NCBI RefSeq assembly: GCF_006345805.1
Contig: NC_043005.1
Location: forward strand, 55,180,001 to 55,244,000
Direction: 5' to 3'
Length of the DNA stretch: 64,000 nucleotides
DNA from: Octopus sinensis
Taxonomy: Eukaryota
Part shown: piece by piece, positions 51,561 to 64,000 of the stretch
Position numbering within the stretch: the first letter of the stretch is position 1
Layout: each line of letters opens with the position of its first letter
Notes under the pieces: model-generated
What the model saw: the letters and a program-made list of their open reading frames with translations, nothing else
The model's database searches: none
What the model was told of the DNA's origin: nothing
Translations under genes and position numbers: made by a program

Positions 51561-52475
51561 ATGTGTGTGTGTGTGTGTGTATGTGTAAGTATGCACATGT
51601 AATATATATGTATGCATTTATATATGCTTGTGCGTTTTTGCATGCATATAAATGTATATATTATATATATATATGTATATATAATGTATATATGAATATA
51701 TATATATATGTATATATATATGTGTGTATATATGAATATATATATATATATATATAATATGTATATGTTAATGCTCTTTATTAGCGTTTGCACTATATAA
51801 AATGTATATAATAATGTGTGTGTGTATATATGTACATCCATATAAACTGTATACACACACACACATACATAATTATATATATTTATATATACACAGAGTG
51901 AGAGAGATCCACGGGCATCAGTGTATGCCTAAGAATTTCTCTTAGCATCTTTTGGTATTGGATTCAATCTGACTATGTGGCATGCCTCTATGTTGCACCT
52001 TGAGCAAGTGTCCTCTGCTTTTGCCCAAGGCTGACCAAAGCCTTGAAAGTGAACTTGGTGGATGGAAGATGCAAAAAGGCGTGAAAGCAAACATGCAGCA
52101 TTTTCTTTGTCCAGGGTTCGTTTGAAGGCGTTTGGTCAGTCTAGGGCTATTGAAGAACGTGTGTGGTTGTGCATGCACACACACAAATGTAAGTGAATGT
52201 TGATATTTTATGTTTTCACTACTTGAAAGAATGGTGATGATACAGACAATTGTTGTTGATATTATGATTGGTTGCTCTTGGCATTAGACGATCTCTGAAG
52301 TAAAAGGATACCTTAATTAAAGAAGCAGGTAATAGTTGATAATGGGAATAGCATCAAGGTGTAAGGTCCTGCCTCAACAACCCCATCCAATTTTTGCAGG
52401 CTTGGAAAAATGGACATTAAATGAACAAATGGACGTCTATAATATATACAAATACATGTATATAAATATATACAA

Positions 52476-52519
<44 letters not shown>

Positions 52520-52656
52520 GTACATATATATATATGAATATATACAGACATTACACATAAAGACATACACATACTTACATATGTAAACAAGCACATATAT
52601 GTGTGTGTGTGTCTTTATACTCTCACACACACACACACATACATAATTATATATAT

Positions 52657-52702
<46 letters not shown>

Positions 52703-53591
52703 AGTATGCACATGTAATATATATGTATGCATTTATATATGCTTGTGCGTTTTTGCATGCATATAAATGTATATATTATATATATATATGTATATATAAT
52801 GTATATATGAATATATATATATATATATATATATGTGTGTATATATGAATATATATATATATATATATATATAATATGTATATGTTAATGCTCTTTATTA
52901 GCGTTTGCACTATATAAAATGTATATAATAATGTGTGTGTGTATATATGTACATCCATATAAACTGTATACACACACACATACATAATTATATATATTTA
53001 TATATACACAGAGTGAGAGAGATCCACGGGCATCAGTGTATGCCTAAGAATTTCTCTTAGCAATCTTTTGGTATTGGATTCAATCTGACTATGTGGCATG
53101 CCTCTATGTTGCACCTTGAGCAAGTGTCCTCTGCTTTTGCCCAAGGCTGACCAAAGCCTTGAAAGTGAACTTGGTGGATGGAAGATGCAAAAAGGCGTGA
53201 AAGCAAACATGCAGCATTTTCTTTGTCCAGGGTTCGTTTGAAGGCGTTTGGTCAGTCTAGGGCTATTGAAGAACGTGTGTGGTTGTGCATGCACACACAC
53301 AAATGTAAGTGAATGTTGATATTTTATGTTTTCACTACTTGAAAGAATGGTGATGATACAGACAATTGTTGTTGATATTATGATTGGTTGCTCTTGGCAT
53401 TAGACGATCTCTGAAGTAAAAGGATACCTTAATTAAAGAAGCAGGTAATAGTTGATAATGGGAATAGCATCAAGGTGTAAGGTCCTGCCTCAACAACCCC
53501 ATCCAATTTTTGCAGGCTTGGAAAAATGGACATTAAATGAACAAATGGACGTCTATAATATATACAAATACATGTATATAAATATATACAA

Positions 53592-53643
<52 letters not shown>

Positions 53644-53762
53644 GTACATATATATATGAATATATACAGACATTACACATAAAGACATACACATACTTAC
53701 ATATGTAAACAAGCACATATATGTGTGTGTGTGTCTTTATACTCTCACACACACACACACAT
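51561..53762 (+). repeat. About 1.12-kb near-perfect tandem duplication (about 51561-52640 and 52670-53762)
   Basis: Offsets 1115-1122 bp; differences seen only in microsatellite lengths and one 1-bp indel. Confidence 0.93.
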
Positions 53763-53899
53763 ATTTCATAGAACAGAATAGTGACAAAAGTGACTCAAAG
53801 AACTTGTATGAAATTCCTGATCTTTGAGACATTTTCGAAGCATTTCTGCACCCCTAACTCTAAGAATATACACATACTGTAGTATTGTTGTTATATTTC

Positions 53900-54314
53900 T
53901 CCTGTATAATGTTCCACTAAATGTGTGTGTGTGTGCAGTGCATACACTTGAGTGTGTGTGTGTGTAGGTAAATATATGTATATGCATGTATATATATGTA
54001 TATATATATAATGTACACACATACATATACTCTTTTCTATGCATATATACATATATAGGCACATGCATATATATGTGTTTATGTTTTTGTGTGTATATAA
54101 ATATATTCATATTTATTTACACACACACATGCACATGCATATACAAATATATTTAAATGCATGTTTGTATATATATATATATATACACATACATACATTT
54201 ATTATTTACATACATGCACACACACTTATTTATATATGTATATCTGTACTTACATGTATGTATATAAATATGTGTGCATCCATGTTTTGACATTTATTTA
54301 TACATACATATATA

Positions 54315-54347
<33 letters not shown>

Positions 54348-54534
54348 TATATATATATACACGCACACACACACATCTTCCAAATATTCTTCAGTTGCAT
54401 CAATTTAATTACACTCACATTATGATTTAAATTCATAAAATTTATTCTGATATTTTGTTCATTTCATATATATATACACACACACATACATGCATATACA
54501 TATATATATATACACACATACATACATATATACA

Positions 54535-54596
<62 letters not shown>

Positions 54597-54720
54597 CATA
54601 TATATGCATATATATATATACACATATATACAAATATACATATATATATTAATATGTATATATATACACATACATACATACACACACACATTTTTTGCAT
54701 ATATATATATATATATCTGC
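53900..54720. repeat. Degenerate (AT)/(AC)/(GT) microsatellite field
   Basis: Direct reading. Confidence 0.9.
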
Positions 54721-56271
54721 AATTATTACAAACAACTTATTTTTAAAAATATTTTTTTCACCCTTTTTTTTTTTGTTCCAAATTATCTATAGTATTCTTA
54801 GTAATTTGGTACTTAAACTCATCTCATTGGTTTCATCTATTGCTTTTAGTAAGAGATACTAAAGAGATACTATGATACAAACTGAGCTCACAAAATGTCT
54901 GTATTAAGTCTATTATTTTAACTGAATAAAAAAAATTATTTCTTCATTTCCTCATATTTCACAGTAATGAGTATGTTAGTTCTCCCCACCATTTTTTTCT
55001 ATATAAACTTGTCTTTGAGAAGTCAACATTAGGAAAACGCAAGATTTTCCAGATCTAGTGTTTCTCATATCTCAAACAGCAACTAATTATGATGTTTACT
55101 AGTGTTTAAATTTTTTTTCCTTTTCCTTTTTTTTTTTTCCTTTTTAAATTTGATATAATCAAAAATATATACTAAATAGCTATAGTTGAATTTAAGGTAA
55201 CTTTTTGTTGTTTTTCGGATTTTTTTTTTTAAATTTTAAATCTGGGATAATTTTAGCAAAGATTATTCTAAAATGAAATAGCCTCTTTTACTGAAGGGTA
55301 TTGATTATCAGTCATACTGTGTTTGTTTAATTTTAATTTTTTTTTTAAATTTTAATTTTAATTTAAAAAAAAAAATTTTTATTATTTTGAATTATTTCAG
55401 TACTTAGCAATTTGAAGGATTAGCAATCTAAAGTTGTTTTCAATAACAACATCTCTGTGGGGTTTGGAATCCATGCTCCTCAGCTGTTATTGCTCTGAAT
55501 GCACTTTAGGTTCGACAATAAGAATCAAAATACACAATGGAACACTGTTATTTAGTTTCTTACAATGATCAAAAGGAATGAACTTTGTCTTAAGTTTATA
55601 CACAAAATTCTTCTGCATTTTTTTTTTTGTTTTTGGTCTATTTCCTTCAAATTGTCATTGTTGTTTTTTGTTGTTGTTGTTGTTACTGTTGTTGTTAGTA
55701 TTATTGTTTTTGTTATGGAATATTATATGGTATGTTTTCAAAGTATTATTACACTTTTTAATCATAATTTTCAATCGTATGAATATTTCTTTATCATTTT
55801 TCTATAATTAATGTTTTAAGCGTTATTCTTTGAAAAAAAAAAATTAATTTTTATTTTCGTTTATTTTTTTTTACTTTTTGTTTTTTCTTCTTTTTTTGTG
55901 GGCAACTCTCATAAGTGCATCCTGAAATGCAACCATATTAAATAAACAAATCAATATTTATTAACTTCATTAATTATGCTTCTGGGAGCTATCAAAATTA
56001 AAATCATTAGTAGAGTTTCTTTTTTTTTATCTTTTCTGTTTTTAAGTCTTTTCATTTCTTCTTCTTTCCTCCAACACTTCAATCTGTAGTGTTTTATGAA
56101 TTTCCATTCTGAAATATTTAGTAATCCATCTTGGAGTATATTAAATACATTCATAACTATTAACTATTTTAAATTTATATCTCTTCTTACTATTAAAAAA
56201 AATTGGAAAGCATTCAGAATAGTTTAAATGTATGTGAAACTATTCACAGCAAATGTGTGTGTGTGTGTATA

Positions 56272-56316
<45 letters not shown>

Positions 56317-57301
56317 TATTTATTGTGGTAAGGATTACATCTGACATATGTTATATTAGTGTTGATGCAGTGGGCAATATCATTATGTCAAAATATTTAG
56401 TCTTTGGCTTGCATTTTAGTATTTACTGTAAGCATCATAAAACATCAATTTCTCATAATGGAGCAATTTCAATATTAATATTATCACATAACATTTAGCA
56501 AACATACATAAAAAACTTTTAAATAATTTAACATAATCATCAAACTAAAATTAGACTTTGCCATTTCTAAGTTGTTGAATAGTTCTGTTGTATTATTTGA
56601 TCTGGTATTTCGTTTACTATTTTCCCTGTCATTATTTCCACTTTTGTTCCTGGCTGTTTCAGTATTGAGTAGCTTAATCTCTATATATAACACACAGAGC
56701 CTACCTACATCTACTTTCAATTCTTTTTGAAAACCTCAGTAATGTGCAAGAACTATGAAAGCAGTTCCTATGTGAACATTTACCTTTTCTTTAACATCTA
56801 TAGATGAAAACAGCATTAAAATGTAATTAAAGTGTACTACTAAAGTTTTAGCACATGGGCTTCATTATTATAACTCTTTCCAAAACACATTCTCATTGTA
56901 TTAAAGTGTATTCGATTCTTCCTAATGTTACAAATATATTCAGTCTCTTAAAGCATAATTTACAAAACATTAAAACACTATGATAACTCTAGATAAGATG
57001 CAGCCCCAGGTCCAAGCCATGCAATAGATACTACATTATGACATTGTTTAAGTTATATTAATCTATTTCTTTCGATTTACCTAGCTATAAATTCACTGTC
57101 TAATGGTACTAAATAAAATAGTCGTAAAATAATTGATCAAAGAATGTATGCAAATGTTCATTGAGATGCCTGGAATAGCAGAACATAAAATTCAAAACAA
57201 AGCTAAAAGAATATCTTATTTTGGAGAAAAATTTATGTAAAATTATTTTAGATTCAATCTACCTAATATCAAAGTTACATATTTCTGCGAACTGTGTGGG
57301 G

Positions 57302-57693
57302 GCACAGGTGTGATTCTGTGTTAAGAAACTTGCTTCTCAACCACACAGTTCTGGGTTCAGTTCCACTGTGTGCCTCCTTGAGCAAGTATCTTCCACTGTA
57401 GCCTTGGGCCAACTGAAGCCTTGTGAGTAGATTTAGTAGACGGAAACTGAAAGAAGCCCATTATATATATATATATATAAAAAACTATGTTTATGTGTCT
57501 TTGTAAGTGTTCGCCACCACTGCTTAACAACCAGTGTCCATTTGTTTACATCCCCGTAACTTAACGGTTCGGCAAAAAGAAGACTAATAGAATAAGTACC
57601 AGGCTTAATATAGGGTCTGTTCAACCAACTAACAGTTCGTCAAGGGAGTGCCCTAGCATGACTACAGTCTAAATACTGGAACAGATAAGAGAT
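57302..57693 (+). mobile_element. SINE family A
   Basis: ctgggttcagttccactg...gccttgtgagtagatttagtagacggaaactgaaagaagccc... Confidence 0.85.
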
Positions 57694-58826
57694 ATCTGCA
57701 TGAGTATTGATAAAGGACAAAGCTCTGATAAACCAAATATTCATATTGTAGGTTTTAAAGGAAGGGTAAATGGAAGTTACATGGATATTACTATCTATTT
57801 ACTTACTACTTTGAAGGATTTCTAATTGAGCATTAAAACCGAATTAGAAGCACAGTGCATTGAGAAATAAACTTATTGAATGACGTTCACCATGATGCTG
57901 TGGAAATTGCTTCCAATATTGGTATGACAACAAGATTAATTTTATTAACAACTATATTTAATAGTGATCTGTTGGTCCTTGATGTTGACACACTGTGTAT
58001 TTTCCTAATCATCATCTGAAACATCGCTGTGGTTACACTCAGAAAGAAACCTTTTAGTATTATGTTACATAGTTGGCTCTCTTTCAATTCAGATCTTTTG
58101 GCAGATATATATTTTGGAAACCTCAGCCAATTTATAAGAAATCTTCAAATATTTTCCTTTTCTAATAAAAATCTATATCCAATCCATAGATTATATTATT
58201 ATTGATTAGTGTTTCTCAGCCAACTTATGTATGTTTTTACTTTTCTTTAGCTAAGTAGGTAAGGTACTGGCTTTCAGACAGTTTTTTGTCTGTTTTGTTG
58301 AGGAGGGGGTTCCCCTCCTTAGTTCACATCTAACTTCCAGGCATTGTGTTGTATCCTTCAGCAAAATGATTGAACTTGAAAATTATTAACTAAATTATTA
58401 ACTTGAAAATGTTTAATAAACACAACTATGGAACAAGAAGCTCCATCTATTTTACAACTTCAGTAGTTGTCATATTTTTCCTTGAATTTATTGTTTCTAA
58501 TGAAAGAAATTTACTATACAATCCCCACAAACTTGATATAAATGAATTTCTATATAAAGTATAAAGATAAGTTTTAAACAGAATTTAATTTTACTTGTTA
58601 ATTCCATATATATAATATACAGTTGTGTCACAAAGCTTTCCGAAGTTGTTCTTTTATGATAATATTTTTATAATTACACAGCCAACAATTTATATTTTTT
58701 ATTTTCTGTGGAGGGAAAGTTCAACTTTTAAATATTTGAGGTTTTAAAAAATAAAATTCAATCAATTAAGCACTAAGGATAAATGTTTGTCGAGCTTATA
58801 CAATCCTAAATATTATACACATCCAT

Positions 58827-58869
<43 letters not shown>

Positions 58870-60773
58870 CGTGTCTTTATGTAAGCCCAGTCTACTCAAA
58901 TATTCTGTTCTTATACGCATGGGCAAAGAGCATCCATATATCCAAAATTTTCCTACTAAAATTAGTATGGAAAATGTGGATCTTGAATAATCTATCAATT
59001 TCAAGACATTACAACTATGAAAATAATAACAAGGCTGTGTTACACTTGAAACCACAACTTAACTATTTCATTTAAATAGAGTGAAATAAGAAAATGGGGT
59101 TTTATTTAGCAATTTATCTACTTAATACTGTCACAGTCAAGCCAAAAACAAAATGAAACAATTATAGGAAAATGGCATTAAATGAAATATCATAGAATTA
59201 GGTTTCTTTTTTTTTTTAATGTTTCTTCGGCATTTCCAGATGTAAATTTGCTGATCTTGTTGATTGCACTAAATCTATGATGGACATATTTAATTTCCAT
59301 GTATCACACTAGAGACATCATTATTGAAACATCTTCTCTTTATGACAAGCTCCTTTATAACATATCTATATAAGAACACATTTTTGTTGGATGTTATCAC
59401 TTTCAAATTTTCTTTCATTGTTGAAACATACCATTCGTAAGTAACTAGAATTAGAAGGAGAAAAAAAACCCACTTCCAGTGTAGGGCTTTTCATTTAATT
59501 GCTCTTTTTTTTTTCTTGCTTTTCTCATGCAATATCCATAAATATGTTTATAAAAGGAGATTAATGACATATTGCTTTGTTTGACTTAAACACACAAAAT
59601 TGCACATGTTTTATACTTGTTTTTGATTAATTCTTATTTCATAGCATATAAACTATTTATCCTAAGCTGTTTGTATTTAAAACCTAATTGGAAAGACAAA
59701 GAAATCCATCTGTTATCTTGAAATAATTTAATAATGGCATCCTATATGATTGAATATCAGATAGTTTATAACATTATATTTGAATAATGTCAGTACATAT
59801 GTTTTCACTACAATTTTATGTTTGTTTATACATATTTCGATTCTAGTTCATCACATACATAACTTACATACTTGCATACATTTACACACAGTTTTATGAC
59901 TAAAAGACACTCTCTGTATGGTAAATAGAATTTATCTACAGAATAACTCCATTCACTATTAGTCTCTTATGTGTTTTTTTTTCTTTTGTCATATCAGAAT
60001 ATTTGTTATATATTTTAATATCTTTATAATACAGTAATACAGAATAATCTTTTATCTGCCTAGTGTCATATTAGAAAGTGGGTTTCTAATTAGATTATGC
60101 TCACCGTTTTATCAGCTTTCTTCAGAACTTTTAACTTAAAAACACACACACACACACACATACACAACAACAAACAAAATTTAAATCACAGACTCAATAT
60201 TTGCCATTGATGCATTGCTTTTATTGATGTTTGCGCAAAACTAAATATAGATAAGAGAGGCTATTTAAAATTGCTCTCTTTTTCATTTCTAATTCAACAC
60301 TCACCCCCTCTCTCTCTCTCTCTCCCCCTTCTCATTCTCTCTCCATCCATTGTTATTAATAGCCTGACTAACAAGATGACCTGTATCTATATTCATATTT
60401 GTTCTACCTCATTTATGGAAACAATTGTTGGAGCATGAAGGTATATATGGAGTACTTATTATACTTTTATGTTCAATCATTAATGAAGAGAAGTTTCCAT
60501 TTTGTGTATTTTTTCCTTTTATTTTATTTCAGTTTATTTTGTAAATTTTTTTAATGTAAATTGATGGAGAGATTTAATTTTTCGCCCTTATTTTAAATTG
60601 TTTTATATTAAGTTTCACATTTTTAATAATAATCAAATTTAATTTTGCAAAATAAAGCTAGAAATCATTAGAATTTGCTAGGTGGCTGTCAGAGAGCTTT
60701 CAAATTAAGTATAATTTGATTTTATTGACTGTTAATTTTCACTAAAATATTTTGGCACAAAATGTCCCAGATT

Positions 60774-60811
<38 letters not shown>

Positions 60812-62599
60812 ACGTTCTGCATGAATATAACTGCAGATGACAACAATCTCGAACCAGTGTGAGGTGGCAGAACTGTGTGAGATGGCACCTGTGTAGAAAT
60901 TCTTTTCTTTGTACCAAAGGAAAACCAAATTTAAATCCCTTAGATATGAAATCATAGATGGATTGATTTTTCCATCCAAAATCAGTTCTACTTAAAAAAA
61001 AAAAAGAAGAAAAAAAAAAGCAATCTTCTTTTCTGACATTTAGATTATCTGTATGGTAATAACAAATGACTGCTAAAGAATTTTGTATATCTCAATATGA
61101 AGAAGACATGGGAATTTTAATTTCAATTCCCCTTTTTCAAAATATGTGATCCTTCCTCATTGTTACTTTGGTGTAATGTATATACATGAACATATAATTT
61201 CATAATTTTGTAGTTAACAATTATTAAACATTCTCCTCTCCAATAAAAAAAAATCACTTGATGTGGTCATGTATATTTGTATATGTACTCGCAAGTGTGT
61301 ATATATATATATATGTATTATGTGTGTGCACAAGTACACACACATAATACACTGAGATAATACATAATTTTTTCGTTCTGTTTTAAGTATATGAGTGCTG
61401 CTGAAGCCCTCATTCTTTCATTTTATCATGTGATTTCTTTTAAGTCTTTATAGTGATTATATTTTCTCCTCTATTTGCTCAGAAAAAAAAAATTATAAAA
61501 TTATATACATGTATGTATATAAATATATGTATGTATGTGAGTGTGTATGTGTATTTGTATACATATACATGTGTATATATATGTGTGCTTGCATCTATAT
61601 GTGTATATATATATATATATATACACATATATTTATACATGCACATGCACACACACAGACACACACACACACACATACACACATATATATATATATATTA
61701 TGTAAAGAAAGATGGAACCTCTACTGCTGCGTTGAGTGTTCTGAACCAAACTTGTTTTAAAATCTAAGTATTTTGGTGCATGACAAAACAAACATGTACT
61801 CTGAAAATGGTAATTTAAAAAAAAAACACAAAAAAAACATGATGTAAAGATTTTGTAAGACATGAAATAATATATAGACATGTATAGAGAATTACTGACT
61901 TTTTTTTTCTATACCTTCATACTTATTGATTTATATATGTTAGTTAAAAATTCTCACACGTAGGTTAAAATTTTATCACCTGTGTTACAAGGAAGTGTAA
62001 TAGTACTTTTTTCTGTGGCTTAAATTTTTGAGCACTGCTTGTTAATCCCTTCTTTTGTAGTTGATATCATGTACATATTGTAATCTGTGGAAAATGTGCT
62101 ACACCTACCACCTACACCCACCCCCACTTTTTTTTTACCTCTTCCTTTAGGACTCACTAGATATTGAACTTGAATTGTCTCCCTTCATTTACACTCTCTA
62201 TATAAAAAAATACCTGTAGTTCTGCTTTTTTTTATTTTAATTTTTATTCTTGATTTGTTTTATGTTTCTAATGACAAGATTTCTAATTGACTATGACATT
62301 TCTTGACCTAGATAACTGTATACTTTAAAAGCAAAATCGTAAAAAATACAAATGAAAAAAATTGTACTGAATTAATTTCATGATTTCACCCTTTATCCTA
62401 AATTCCTAATCACTCGTTAATGTTGATTGCCCCCTTATCCCAAAGTAAATTCCAATGTTGGCTATAGTTCTATATGTGAACAAAACATCATTTTAAGTTG
62501 CTACTCAGGAAAATGGAAACAATTTCCACTTTTGTAAGCATGTATGTATATCATGAATGTAACCGTGGATAAATGGATTGTAACGTCAACTATCTTATT

Positions 62600-62898
62600 T
62601 GTGTTTGTATGTATACATGTGTGTGTATACACTCACACATGTAGATATACACACGCATGTTTTTGTGTGTAAATACATATATATATAATATATATATATA
62701 TATATTATATATATATATATACGTTTATATATAATAATATATGCACATGCGTATATATATTTATGTATATGTATATAAATATATATAAGGTGCAAAAATG
62801 GCGTACTCCAAATGAATAATGTTATGTAATCCGATGGTAGAAAGAATTACATGGATTAGGTACTCCAAAACCAGTCGGAAAGATGGGGTTCCATGTAA

Positions 62899-62937
<39 letters not shown>

Positions 62938-63254
62938 TATGTACATATATATATATGTGCATATGTACATGTGTGTGCATGTATATATGTGTGTGTGTAT
63001 TTATAGGTACACTTTATGTATACATGTGTATATAAGCTTGTATATACATTTGTTTTTTTGTGTGTATATATGTATGTGCATAAATATGTTTGTGGATATA
63101 TATTTGTGTGTGTGTGTATGTATGTGTTTATATATGGATGTGTATATCTGTATATATGGATGTGTATATTTATGTATATATGCATATATGTATGCGTCTA
63201 TATATGTGTGTATATATATATATAAATGCATGCTAATATATAAGTATATTCATA

Positions 63255-63303
<49 letters not shown>

Positions 63304-63390
63304 ATATATACATATATATATACACACGTATGTGTGTGTCTATTGTCTATATATATATTCAAGTGTATACATGCATGCAAACATAAAATA
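62600..63390. repeat. Degenerate (AT)/(GT) microsatellite field with a unique insert at about 62788-62900
   Basis: Direct reading; explains the YI/CV-rich ORFs. Confidence 0.9.
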
Positions 63391-64000
63391 TTAAAAAAAT
63401 AATAAAAATGCTTAATACGGGTCAGATATTAGCAGTAAATTAAAATGGTGATATTGTATCTGCAAATTCTCTGTATGCTTTTAGTGGTTCCTCTGCTTTT
63501 TCTTTTCCTTTTTTCATTTTTTTTTTTTGTGGTTATAGGGAAAAAAAATACTTTCTTTATTTTATAACAAAAAACATGAAAAAATGTATAAAAAAAAGAA
63601 CAAAAATAACAGAATTGTATAATACTTACTAAGTTTATGATTAATACCATTAATATTACTTTTATCATTCTGATTGCTATGGGAGAAATGCAAATGTTTT
63701 TTTTCTTCTCCAGAATGGAAGTAGTAGACAGGTCAAAAAAAAAAAAGGAAAAACATTAAAAAAAAAAGTTTTATTTTATAAAGTGCAAGGATGTGATAAT
63801 AGATTCATGAAGAGTTGTCAAAACTATGTTTCTGAGAGTACTTCACTACAGCTGAGCTGTGCTTGCACACTTCTTACTGAACATACAGGCATCTGAGAAA
63901 GATGTCTTAAAACTGAACTGCTAACAAAAAAAATAAAATGAAATATAAAGACAATTTATCATGGTAAACACAAGGCAGGGCTCTTTATATTCTCTATAAA

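Noticed and set aside
50493-54792. Many YI/CV/HT-rich ORFs here and at 27.6-28.2, 35.8-36.4 and 61.4-63.4 kb
   Set aside because: Stop-free (AT)/(AC)/(GT) microsatellites, not genes.
57892-57927. ATG-MMLWKLLPIL followed by a GTATGA donor, like a signal-peptide first exon
   Set aside because: Only 10 codons with no downstream partner exon or promoter evidence; plausible by chance.

Overview
AT-rich, repeat-dense animal genomic DNA, most likely Octopus (inferred from the tRNA-derived SINE families, RTE relics and long (AT)n/(AC)n tracts). The only well-supported gene is the 3' end of a C2H2 zinc-finger ORF (2-1345, +), which ends in an Ikaros/Hunchback-type dimerization finger pair. The rest is mainly SINEs (here called families A, B, C), RTE LINE relics, a Penelope-like GIY-YIG relic, a decayed hAT transposase, TTAA-flanked MITEs and microsatellites. 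Almost all long ORFs in the supplied track are microsatellite translations. The most unusual structure is at 36.3-37.2 kb: two identical 223-bp inverted arms, each containing what looks like half of a minimal hammerhead ribozyme. They enclose a 294-bp near-perfect copy of DNA found about 1.3 kb downstream, joined through a stuttered junction. Also notable are head-to-tail SINE arrays, two microsatellite-bounded near-perfect tandem duplications and two orphan exon candidates. Coordinates of decayed repeats are approximate and protein-family calls are by eye, not by database search.
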